From assembly GCA_016188155.1 (NCBI GenBank), contig JACPIH010000002.1:1-63398 (forward strand): a DNA stretch of 63,398 bases, written 5' to 3'. The notes beneath the pieces were generated by a model, which saw only the letters and a list, made by a program, of their open reading frames with translations, made no database searches and had not been told where the DNA came from. The stretch comes from Candidatus Woesearchaeota archaeon (GTDB taxonomy: Archaea; Nanobdellota; Nanobdellia; Woesearchaeales; UBA10216). Below are positions 18,197-26,024 of the stretch, in pieces. The position numbers and the translations under genes were made by a program. Numbering within the stretch: position 1 is the first letter of the stretch; each line of letters begins with the position of its first letter.

Positions 18197-21100
18197 TTAG
18201 TTTATCTCCAGCCTTTCCAATGCTGTTACGTTAATCCAGTACGTTGTCTGGTTGGTAAAGTTGATAAAGCTGTTGCTCGTACGCCCAACCACAAAGGTTT
18301 CCCACGAGTTACTGCTTGCTGTGTAAGCGTATATTCTTGTAAAGTTTCCTGCGACTGTGCCTGACAATAGTGAGGTAAGGACGTTTGTAACGTTGTAGCC
18401 GCCAACGGCAGATGCCAAGGTTGTCGACTCAAGCGCGCCTGTTGCAAGCACAAAGCTTGACCAGCCATTAGCGCTGCCACCAGATGCCGGCTGGAAGTAG
18501 TTTGGCCACTTGCTATCAGTCTTGCCCGGGATTGTGACGTTCCAGCGGGTTCTCGTGTCAACGCCGAACTGGAACTGGCTTGCAGCACCTTCAGCAGCCG
18601 TGAAGTTGCCGCTTATGTCCTTGCAAGCGTAGTATATTGTGTGGCCGCCGCTTCCTATGTCGCGCTGCGAACCAAAGTTTATCCTGTGCGCTCTGCTGAC
18701 ATTGTTGCTCATCGTGCTGGTCATGTCATCATAGTAAGTTACAGCCGTGTCAAGGGAGTACCTACATGTTGCATTAGCTGTTGTGTTAACAAGAAAGGTA
18801 TATGTATCTGTGCTGCTGTTGGCCAAGCCGTTCCAGAACCCTTCAAGGAAGGTCAGGTTCCTGGCCTTCACGCTGCTGGCTCCGTTCTGTACGGTAACAT
18901 CAACGTACACTGACGTGTTCTGGTTGCCAGCTGAATCTGTTGCGTTAATCCTGAGCTTGTAGTCGCCGTCAGTTAAGGTTGTGGTGACGTTTGAAGCGTT
19001 AAACACAACATTGTGAGGCTGGTTTACTGATTGGGATTGTAAGGAGTGGGTGCTCATTGGCAGCCAGGCTGTGGTGACTGAAGCGCTCTCAAAGCGGTAG
19101 AACACGCCAAAGCTGTTGCCTTGCGTGCTGGTGTTGCTGGCCATGCTGATGTTAACAGGAAGGTTTTCGGTTATGGTGGTGTTAAACGTCAAGGTGCCTG
19201 AAATTCCAGCCCCGCCACTCGGGGTAGGGGTCAAGTTGTTTACGGACAAGGCAACGCCCGGAGCAACGTTGTCAAGCATGATATTACTAACCCTGACGCT
19301 GTTGTTTTGGTTGCCGGCTGTGTCGTTAACCATGAACCTTATGTCGTAAAGGCCATTAGCCACAGAGCTGAAAGTGAAAGTCGCATTGGTCCTGTTAGAG
19401 TCTGTATTTGTCAGGTCCGTGGTTGCAAATCTCAACCCGAACCAGCTGCTGTTAAACGTTGCGTTCTCAAGCCTGAACGCTGAGCTGTTAATGTTTGAAG
19501 TGTTAATCCTGCCAGGGTTATTGTTCCATGAGCTGGTGTCGTTTATCGTCAGGTTAACAAAAAAGTCTCCGGTCCGGTTGGTTTTGTCAAGCGCGCCCAT
19601 TGCTGCAATCAGCGGCGGGTTGTTGTCGAGGAGAAGCGTGATGTAAACTGAGGCGTTCTGGTTGCCTGCCCTGTCTGTAACGTTGAGCTCGATGCTGTAG
19701 TTGCCGTCGAACAATGTTGGGGCAACTGTCAGGTTGATAAAGGTGCCGTTGAAAGAATTGGCAGCGCCTTCGGTCATTGGCGTCCAGTTGCCTATACTAC
19801 CGACAGCGCCTGTTTTGCTGCTGTCGTTAACCCACCTGAACCAGACGCCGGCCACGTTTGACTCGGTAACAGTGGAGTTCACTGTGAAGTTGCCAGTCAT
19901 GTTGTTGGCAAAGTTGTTAAGCGGGCTTATGAAAGAAATGCCAGGAAGGACAGTGTCAATCGTAAGGTTTATTGTCACTGAAGTGTTCTGGTTTCCTGAA
20001 GTGTCTGTAACGTTTAGCCTGACTGTGAAGTTGCCGTTTGTGGCGTTAGTCAGCTCCCCTCCCCAGTGGGTGAGGTTAGCATTGTTAGGGCTGAACAAAA
20101 CGCCTGTGGTAAGGCCGCCAAAGCTGCCATAAGTGACTGAAGGCACCCAAGGCCAGTTAAAGCTGCTGTTCTCAAGCCGGAAGCTGACGTTGAAAATACC
20201 TGACTGGTTGCCGAGTGCAGTGTTTCTCGACTCGTTGGCAACAGCAGTAATGTTAGTAGTGCCCCAGCCCGAAAATGTGGCATTGCCAATGTGGAAGGAG
20301 TTTGAGACAGGCGTCCTTATGCTCACGTTGAACGGCCTTGTGGAGTCAAATATCACTTGTGAAACAAACTGTGACGTGTTACTGTTGCCTCCGCTGTCCG
20401 TGGCGTTAATCTCAATGCTGTAGTTGCCGTCAACCAGTGCGCTTATGTCAAGCGTGCCTGTCCATGAGCTGTTGGTGCTGAACTGGTTGTTGGTGCCGGT
20501 GCTGAGCGTCATGGACTGCCAGTTGCTTACGTTGCCGCCGCCAGACTGGGTGCCTTCGCTAAAGGAGTTTGTGTTGTTTCTCCACCTGAACGAGACATTC
20601 CTAAGCGGGCCGACTGTGTCGTTCACTGAAACGTTAACCGTTAAAGTAGTTGAGTAGTTAGTAGCTGAGTAGTTAACAGGGCTCACTAGTGCGTAAACGA
20701 AAGGCGCTATTGTGTCAACAACCACGGTCAGGTTCAGGGTGTCGTTGAACCTGCCCAAAACGTCTGAGAAGTTGAAGCGGAAATTACATGTGCTGCCGTC
20801 AGCGCCGCTGAGGTCGCAGAATTCGCTCAGGTTATATGTGTTGTTACCACCGCCTATAGAGCCAGAAACATTAGTAGCATTACCTATCGTTATGTTCCAG
20901 AAAGAAGTGCCGGAAAGCGTACCACTTTCAAAAGTAAGGTTGTGTATCAGCCCCTTGTTTCCAAACACGCTTGCATTTCTGGTTAAGTTGCTAGCTATGT
21001 TGCTAACCGTCTGAAGCCTGAGAACAAATGAAGAGTTTAAAGTAAGGGCTGAAGTGACGTTGCCTTCCGAGAGTTTACCATCTATCGTGAGGTTTGAGGA

Positions 21101-22498
21101 AACAGAGCCTGTTGGCGGGGTATCATCAACTTCAATGGTTATGTTAGTTAGCCGCGCATTGCTTACATTGTCAGTAACCCTGAAGCTTAAGTTGTAAACG
21201 CCGTCACCGTTAAAGCCGCCAACGCGCTGGGCTAAATCGGTTATGTTGAACGCAACAAGGCCTGAACCGAGATCGGTGGTGTTCAGACTCCAGCTTGTCT
21301 GGCCGCTTGAGCCATTTGTGCCAGTGATTATGCCAAGGCTCATAAAGCCGCCAGTTCGGTTCATTACCTCAACTTTTGTCGTGCCTACGCCACCATCGTC
21401 ATTAACCAAAACGCTCACATTCAATGGAACAGTACTATTTAAAATACGGGCAACAGCGCTGCCAGGACTGGCTGATGTGTTAAGGGCTGACGTGTTTACG
21501 CTGCTGTAATTAGCAAGCAGGAAAACGTTAATTATTGGGGCAGCAGCGTCTATGGAGAAGTTCCAGCCGACTGTTGATGTCTTGTTTGAAACATTGCCGT
21601 TGCGAACCGTGTCGTTAGCCAAGATAGAGAAGAACACCTTCGAACCGTTGTAGAAATTGTTAGTTGATATCGTGTATGTGAAAATTCCTGGAGCGGCCGA
21701 ACTATTGGCCATGGGCACTACGCTGAAATTGGCAGGACCGCTTAAAAAGTACGTAGCGACAGGCGCCTGGGTGGTAAGGGGAATCGCATTAATATCAATT
21801 GTGTAATTGTAAATCAAAGTGACGTTGCCAACGCCTGAGCCGTTATCCACCACCTGGACAGCAACCACTATGCCACCACTGGCATTGTTAAGGAAGATTT
21901 GCGCCAAGCTGTCAAAGTTGGCAAGATTGCTTATGTTCCTCGCAGCAGTAGATATGTTAAGGAGCGTGATGGTTGGCGGATGAGCATCAACAGAAACATT
22001 GACGTTTGTGCTGTTAATGTTAGTGGTGCCACCTGTGTTCTCAAAAGTATCAATTGTGAAGGTTTGGTTGCCTGCCCCTGCGGGAGGTGTTATGTTGACG
22101 TTGAAGCCCGCTGATGAACCAGCTGCAAGGCCATCTGAGTTTGTGAACTTAACAAACACATCCCCGCTTCCCCTGACGCACGTCCATCCCGTTGGGCTAT
22201 TAGCTCCACACTCTATATTGCTTACACCACTTGGCTTTGTTATGTCAACCCTCTTTATTGCTGCAGGGCTGCTCGCATCGTTAGTTATTGTGACGTTAAG
22301 GGAAGCGTTAACAGCAGAAGCCTGAACCCACCTCGGGGAGAATGACTGGCTAAGCTCCCCGCTAGTGGAGAACTTGGCGCCGCTAACTGAAAGTATTCCA
22401 ATAACCAAGGCAAGCACAGCAACGAGCAGAACGAGGCTGTAAATTGCACCTGTTTTCTGTGAAGGTAAGGAACGCAGTGAACGCATGCTGAACAACAA
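18197..22498 (-). CDS. Very large secreted glycoprotein with tandem Ig-like (Big-type) repeats
   Basis: At least seven modules of the form D..P ... (D/N)G.Y.I.(L/I)N(A/V)TD..GNQN. Dense N-x-S/T sequons and a signal/TM at the N-terminus. No C-terminal TM; ends ..TYWINVTALERLEIN. Confidence 0.75.
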   Translation of the reverse strand: MLFSMRSLRSLPSQKTGAIYSLVLLVAVLALVIGILSVSGAKFSTSGELSQSFSPRWVQASAVNASLNVTITNDASSPAAIKRVDITKPSGVSNIECGANSPTGWTCVRGSGDVFVKFTNSDGLAAGSSAGFNVNITPPAGAGNQTFTIDTFENTGGTTNINSTNVNVSVDAHPPTITLLNISTAARNISNLANFDSLAQIFLNNASGGIVVAVQVVDNGSGVGNVTLIYNYTIDINAIPLTTQAPVATYFLSGPANFSVVPMANSSAAPGIFTYTISTNNFYNGSKVFFSILANDTVRNGNVSNKTSTVGWNFSIDAAAPIINVFLLANYSSVNTSALNTSASPGSAVARILNSTVPLNVSVLVNDDGGVGTTKVEVMNRTGGFMSLGIITGTNGSSGQTSWSLNTTDLGSGLVAFNITDLAQRVGGFNGDGVYNLSFRVTDNVSNARLTNITIEVDDTPPTGSVSSNLTIDGKLSEGNVTSALTLNSSFVLRLQTVSNIASNLTRNASVFGNKGLIHNLTFESGTLSGTSFWNITIGNATNVSGSIGGGNNTYNLSEFCDLSGADGSTCNFRFNFSDVLGRFNDTLNLTVVVDTIAPFVYALVSPVNYSATNYSTTLTVNVSVNDTVGPLRNVSFRWRNNTNSFSEGTQSGGGNVSNWQSMTLSTGTNNQFSTNSSWTGTLDISALVDGNYSIEINATDSGGNSNTSQFVSQVIFDSTRPFNVSIRTPVSNSFHIGNATFSGWGTTNITAVANESRNTALGNQSGIFNVSFRLENSSFNWPWVPSVTYGSFGGLTTGVLFSPNNANLTHWGGELTNATNGNFTVRLNVTDTSGNQNTSVTINLTIDTVLPGISFISPLNNFANNMTGNFTVNSTVTESNVAGVWFRWVNDSSKTGAVGSIGNWTPMTEGAANSFNGTFINLTVAPTLFDGNYSIELNVTDRAGNQNASVYITLLLDNNPPLIAAMGALDKTNRTGDFFVNLTINDTSSWNNNPGRINTSNINSSAFRLENATFNSSWFGLRFATTDLTNTDSNRTNATFTFSSVANGLYDIRFMVNDTAGNQNNSVRVSNIMLDNVAPGVALSVNNLTPTPSGGAGISGTLTFNTTITENLPVNISMASNTSTQGNSFGVFYRFESASVTTAWLPMSTHSLQSQSVNQPHNVVFNASNVTTTLTDGDYKLRINATDSAGNQNTSVYVDVTVQNGASSVKARNLTFLEGFWNGLANSSTDTYTFLVNTTANATCRYSLDTAVTYYDDMTSTMSNNVSRAHRINFGSQRDIGSGGHTIYYACKDISGNFTAAEGAASQFQFGVDTRTRWNVTIPGKTDSKWPNYFQPASGGSANGWSSFVLATGALESTTLASAVGGYNVTNVLTSLLSGTVAGNFTRIYAYTASSNSWETFVVGRTSNSFINFTNQTTYWINVTALERLEIN

Positions 22499-22562
22499 GC
22501 CTCAACACCTCTTTTGGAATAACGCAAACATACATGAAATATGACTTATACCTGACGTATGC

Positions 22563-22612
22563 CTTCAAGTATGATGAACACTTGAAGTTAAGTTGTATTT
22601 AAACTTTTTGGA
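22563..22612 (-). promoter_or_regulatory. BRE-TATA promoter of the 1433-aa surface gene with a downstream inverted repeat
   Basis: Minus strand reads CCAAAAAG-TTTAAATA (TATA 22596-22603). 8-bp inverted repeat CTTCAAGT-N9-ACTTGAAG at 22563-22587, over the expected transcription start. Confidence 0.55.
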
Positions 22613-22741
22613 AATGCGCTGATGCGCCTTGATTGGCTGAACGCACCCCCTTCAAAGACATGGCAAGGACAACAACAGCCGCCATATTTAAATTATTGTA
22701 ACTTCTTTAAAGTGGAAACTGATATGATGAGCGAGTATGTT

Positions 22742-23149
22742 TCAGTCGCTGGCCCTGCAGACGGTGATGCGCTTGCCGTTGCCTGTCTTCCTTTCAACAA
22801 CCTGCAGGAAGGCAACCTCGTCACCTACCTTAGTCTTGCTCTTCCTTATTGTGCCGGCAGGGAGCTCTATTACGTACTTTGCCTTTTTCGTTGGGGAATA
22901 AGTGGAGAAGGGCTCCATGCTTTCAGTCATCTCTGCAATACGCAGCCGGCTGTCGACAAAGAGTACATCGATAGGGAAAAACACAAAGAAGGTATGAAGG
23001 CTGATAATCGCTTCTGATGAGAATTTAAGAATCATGGCAGACTGCGCAGGCTTTGAAAACATCAGTCCAATGGAGCGGCCGAGCACAGACTCAGCGGTCT
23101 TAGAGCGCAGGGCAATAATAGTGTTTCTGGTAACGTTCTTTACAGGCAT
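22742..23149 (-). CDS. DUF192 (COG1430) family protein
   Basis: IGLMF, HTFFVFFPIDVLFVD and YVIELPAG motifs. Confidence 0.88.
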   Translation of the reverse strand: MPVKNVTRNTIIALRSKTAESVLGRSIGLMFSKPAQSAMILKFSSEAIISLHTFFVFFPIDVLFVDSRLRIAEMTESMEPFSTYSPTKKAKYVIELPAGTIRKSKTKVGDEVAFLQVVERKTGNGKRITVCRASD

Positions 23150-23229
23150 AGAATATCAAGCAGGCGGATTAAACAGGTTGTTATTAAGCTTTTTTGTTTT
23201 TTTGAAAAGAACAAGTGGGGACGCTGGGA

Positions 23230-23375
23230 CTTTCACAGCCCTTTTGTTCGCTGATGCTCACAAAAGCCCAAGACGCCTTTGAGGGCGTCTGGGCACAGTC
23301 GTCAGCTGACGACTTGTGCGCTGGCGGAAAAACGTTTTCCGTCAACGCTTTTTTCGCGCACGAAAAAAGGGTTGG
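23230..23375 (-). other. 146-nt non-canonical tRNA intron in the T loop (59/60) with a strict bulge-helix-bulge
   Basis: Central helix U54U55C56A57/UGAA, 3-nt bulges AA|C and AG|U, and outer helix CA(A)CCC/GGG(C)UG. The interior consists of five hairpins. Confidence 0.88.
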
Positions 23376-23396
23376 TTTGAACCCAGATCCGAGGCT

Positions 23397-23453
23397 TTCT
23401 TCTTATGGGTAAGTCATCGCCTTCGGTTTGCCGTTGGCTCAGTTCTCCAATCA
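23397..23453 (-). ncRNA. 57-nt canonical-position tRNA-Trp intron carrying a box D / box C-like kink-turn and a C34 guide
   Basis: UGAUUGGAGAA-CUGA-GCC-AA-CGG-CAAA-CCG-AA-GGC-GAUGA. The fifth nucleotide upstream of CUGA (G at 23447) pairs with C34. Confidence 0.65.
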
Positions 23454-23517
23454 CTGGAGGCCCCCATAATGCCGGGTTATACTACGTCCCCTTGAGTTTT
23501 CCAGCGCCACCACAGCA

Positions 23518-23525
23518 TATTTAAA
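23518..23525 (-). promoter_or_regulatory. TATA box of the tRNA-Trp gene
   Basis: TTTAAATA on the minus strand, 26 nt upstream of tRNA position 1. Confidence 0.7.
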
Positions 23526-23574
23526 TGTTGCTGCAAAATATGGTTAGCATTGTGCAAAAGAGGCTTAAATAACC

Positions 23575-24723
23575 ATGAACAAAAGATTCTTTGAAGCAGT
23601 TGCTACGCTAACCGGCACGACAATAGGAGCCGGTGTTCTTGGCATACCTTACGTTGTGGCAAAATCCGGCCTGGCCATAGGGCTGCTGCACGTTATAATA
23701 ATAGGCGTAGCTGTTATGCTTGTTAATCTGATGCTTGGGGAAGTGGTGCTAAGGACAAAAGGTAACCACCAGCTAACAGGGTATGCGGAGAAGTACCTTG
23801 GAAAGGCAGGCAAGAGCGTAATGACCCTGTCCATGGTGGCGGGCATATATGGGGCATTAATCGCCTACATTATAGGCACAGGCATATCACTTAATGCTGC
23901 ACTGCCGCAGCTACCTCCCCTGTATGGAAGCATAATATTCTTTGCTATAGCAGCAGCCATTGTCTACATCGGGCTTAAGGCAGTTGAGAAATCAGAGCTG
24001 CTACTGGCGTTCTTTACGGTTATGTTAATCACTATTATAATAGTGGCTGCGCTGGCATCTGACAAGTTCTCAGCTGCAAACTTCACAAAAACAAGCATAC
24101 AAAATATGTTCCTGCCATACGGCGTTGTGCTGTTCGCATTTTTGGGAGCGGTTGCAGTGCCTGAGATGAAGGAAGAGCTAGGAAACGGCAAAGGCAGAAA
24201 GCTGCTGAAAAAGGCGATAATAATCGGAGGCATTGTGCCGATAGCGCTGTATGCGCTATTTGCTGTCGCCATTGTGGGAATAAGCGGCGTTTCAACAAGC
24301 CAGATAGCAACAACAGACCTGGGCAGTAGGCTTGGCGAGCTGATGGTAATAATGGCAAATGCCTTTGCGGTTCTGGCAATGAGCACATCATTCATAGCTC
24401 TTGGCCTGGCACTAAAAGAAATGTACCAGTACGACTACAAGCTCGGCAAAAAAACAGCGTGGGCACTCACATGCATAATTCCAATAACCGCATTCCTGCT
24501 TGGGGCCAAGGGATTCATAGCCGTGCTTGGAATAGCAGGGGCAATTGCTGGAGGAACAGAGGGAATCCTGCTTGTCAGAATGCACGCTGCCGCTGCAAAA
24601 AGGAAAAAAAGCGAACTCAAGCCGGAATACTCAATCAACGGCAAGCGGATTCTATCAATTGCACTCGCCCTGATGTTCCTGCTTGGAATAACATATGCTG
24701 TGCTAAAGCTTATTAGAGGCTAG
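23575..24723 (+). CDS. Aromatic amino acid (Trp/Tyr) permease family transporter
   Basis: LTGTTIGAGVLGIPY, LPYGVVLFAFLG..AVPE and STSFIALG motifs; about 11 TM segments. Confidence 0.85.
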   Translation: MNKRFFEAVATLTGTTIGAGVLGIPYVVAKSGLAIGLLHVIIIGVAVMLVNLMLGEVVLRTKGNHQLTGYAEKYLGKAGKSVMTLSMVAGIYGALIAYIIGTGISLNAALPQLPPLYGSIIFFAIAAAIVYIGLKAVEKSELLLAFFTVMLITIIIVAALASDKFSAANFTKTSIQNMFLPYGVVLFAFLGAVAVPEMKEELGNGKGRKLLKKAIIIGGIVPIALYALFAVAIVGISGVSTSQIATTDLGSRLGELMVIMANAFAVLAMSTSFIALGLALKEMYQYDYKLGKKTAWALTCIIPITAFLLGAKGFIAVLGIAGAIAGGTEGILLVRMHAAAAKRKKSELKPEYSINGKRILSIALALMFLLGITYAVLKLIRG

Positions 24724-24726
24724 GAT

Positions 24727-25893
24727 CTATTTCCTGCCTTTGCGCTCAAGCATGTAAAGGATTCCAATGACCACCAAGAGTACGAAGATTCCTATGAAGA
24801 TGTAAAGGCGGTAAACAAAAAGAAAATTACGCACAGATATAAGCAGGCCGAATATTGCAGGGCCAGCATTTGACGGCAGATTGGCTGCCGCTGCCCTGGA
24901 AGCTGCGGCAAAACCACCAAGGTTGGCAAGCTTGTTCCTGAAAACAAAAGCTGCAACACCGCCGCAAACAACAGCTACCGCCAGGGCAATGACTAACGAC
25001 TTCAGCTTGTTCCTCATAATTGCGGAAGGAAGCGAGAAAAGCCATACCACCCAGCCCTTAACCCACAAAACCACCTCGCCAAGCTGGCCTGTCCTGTGAG
25101 ACAAGAAAACAGTTGTTGCAAGGACAACAGCGAGAACAGCTGCCGCAACGGATTGCCACACATTATATGGCACTTTTCCTATGCTGGACTTAATATCCGC
25201 CACAGACCTGCCGATTGAGCTGCGAACATTTGCAAAGGCTTTGCCAAAATCAGCCGGCTCAGTTTTTTCAGCAGCCTTGACATGTGCAACTTTAGCGGTT
25301 TCATTCCTTGCAGCAAAGACTTTCCTAAAGAAAGCTGATATGTTAATTTTAGAAACATTAGCGACAGGAACCTTCTCACTGATATTTGCAGTTGTAATTG
25401 CCGAAACATTCCTCGTTTCATTGGCCGTTTCGTTAGCGCCTACGAAAATAGAAAATTCCTTGAGCGTAGACGTAAAAAAGGAGAGAGCAACGAGAGCCAG
25501 GACAACTACTGCAACAACTGCGACAGCTTTAATGCCAGCGCCACTTTTTGGCTTGTCAACAGGAACAGCAAGCTTTTTGCGTGGAACCACAACAGCTGCT
25601 GCAGCAGCAGCAAACTCCTTCTGCTTGAATACGCCTTCCCAGGGATAATGCCTTGGCTTTGGAATGAATTCGCGCTTCCTCGCCGAAGCCAGGGCAACTA
25701 CTGCAATCAAGACAAAAATCAAGGGAACAACAAGAAGGCCTGCAGCAGCAACAGCCGCAATGCTGCCATAATCAAGCTGCGGCAATGGCAGGATTTTGAA
25801 GTAAAACGCGAACGCCAGAACAGGGATGGTTACGAGGAACAGGAAAAGGGCGACAACCAGCCAAAGGACAAAAGCATCGTTATTTCTCATCAA
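24727..25893 (-). CDS. Hypothetical multi-pass membrane protein
   Basis: 388 aa with several hydrophobic segments and N-x-T/S sequons in a central loop. GGGGG SD-like motif and TATA upstream. No family recognised. Confidence 0.6.
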   Translation of the reverse strand: MMRNNDAFVLWLVVALFLFLVTIPVLAFAFYFKILPLPQLDYGSIAAVAAAGLLVVPLIFVLIAVVALASARKREFIPKPRHYPWEGVFKQKEFAAAAAAVVVPRKKLAVPVDKPKSGAGIKAVAVVAVVVLALVALSFFTSTLKEFSIFVGANETANETRNVSAITTANISEKVPVANVSKINISAFFRKVFAARNETAKVAHVKAAEKTEPADFGKAFANVRSSIGRSVADIKSSIGKVPYNVWQSVAAAVLAVVLATTVFLSHRTGQLGEVVLWVKGWVVWLFSLPSAIMRNKLKSLVIALAVAVVCGGVAAFVFRNKLANLGGFAAASRAAAANLPSNAGPAIFGLLISVRNFLFVYRLYIFIGIFVLLVVIGILYMLERKGRK

Positions 25894-25980
25894 ACCCCCT
25901 CTTAAAAATCAGTTACTACTTCAAAATAGGTTCTATTATTTAAAGGTTTTGGGGGCGAATTAAGGTTATGCATTAAAGAA

Positions 25981-26022
25981 GGAAAAAATGAAATAAAAAA
26001 AGAAGAAAAAAAGGAAAGTTTT
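25981..26022 (-). terminator. Oligo-T terminator after the S-layer-like gene
   Basis: Minus strand reads TTTCCTTTTTTTCTTCTTTTTTTATTTCATTTTTTCC immediately after the stop at 26025. Confidence 0.65.
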
Positions 26023-26024
26023 CC

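Larger units (their letters stand above)
23216..23491 (-). tRNA. trnW: tRNA-Trp(CCA) with two introns (37/38 and 59/60); CCA end not encoded
   Basis: Exons 23491-23454, 23396-23376 and 23229-23216 join to a 73-nt cloverleaf. Acceptor GGGGACG/CGUCCCC is 7/7 paired, followed by A73. D stem GUAU/UUAU with G18G19; anticodon stem GGGGC/GCCUC with loop CUCCAGA; T stem CUGGG/CCCAG with loop UUCAAAU; A15-U48. Confidence 0.93.

Noticed and set aside
8114-22325. Numerous 60-165 aa plus-strand ORFs opposite the large surface genes (and similar ones throughout the window)
   Set aside because: Antisense shadows caused by codon bias in the long real genes; they lack independent starts or motifs.
22724-22745. 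ATGATGA box C motifs at 22571 and 22724 as box C/D sRNAs
   Set aside because: No correctly spaced CTGA D/D' boxes follow either motif.
23034-23412. Plus-strand ORFs 23034-23282 and 23215-23412
   Set aside because: They are shadows of the DUF192 gene and the tRNA/intron hairpins, with no protein-like motifs.
23443-23453. Nested 11-nt mini-intron (UGAUUGGAGAA) using GGAG as the central helix
   Set aside because: It would leave a 2-nt loop, and its removal does not regenerate a better splice motif. The segment is better explained as the C34 guide.
23200-23500. RNase P RNA, SRP RNA or tmRNA interpretation of this structured spacer
   Set aside because: GAAAGUCC and ..GGGUUAU look superficially like RNase P conserved regions but are on opposite strands or in the wrong order. 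The two-intron tRNA-Trp model explains every terminal base pair.
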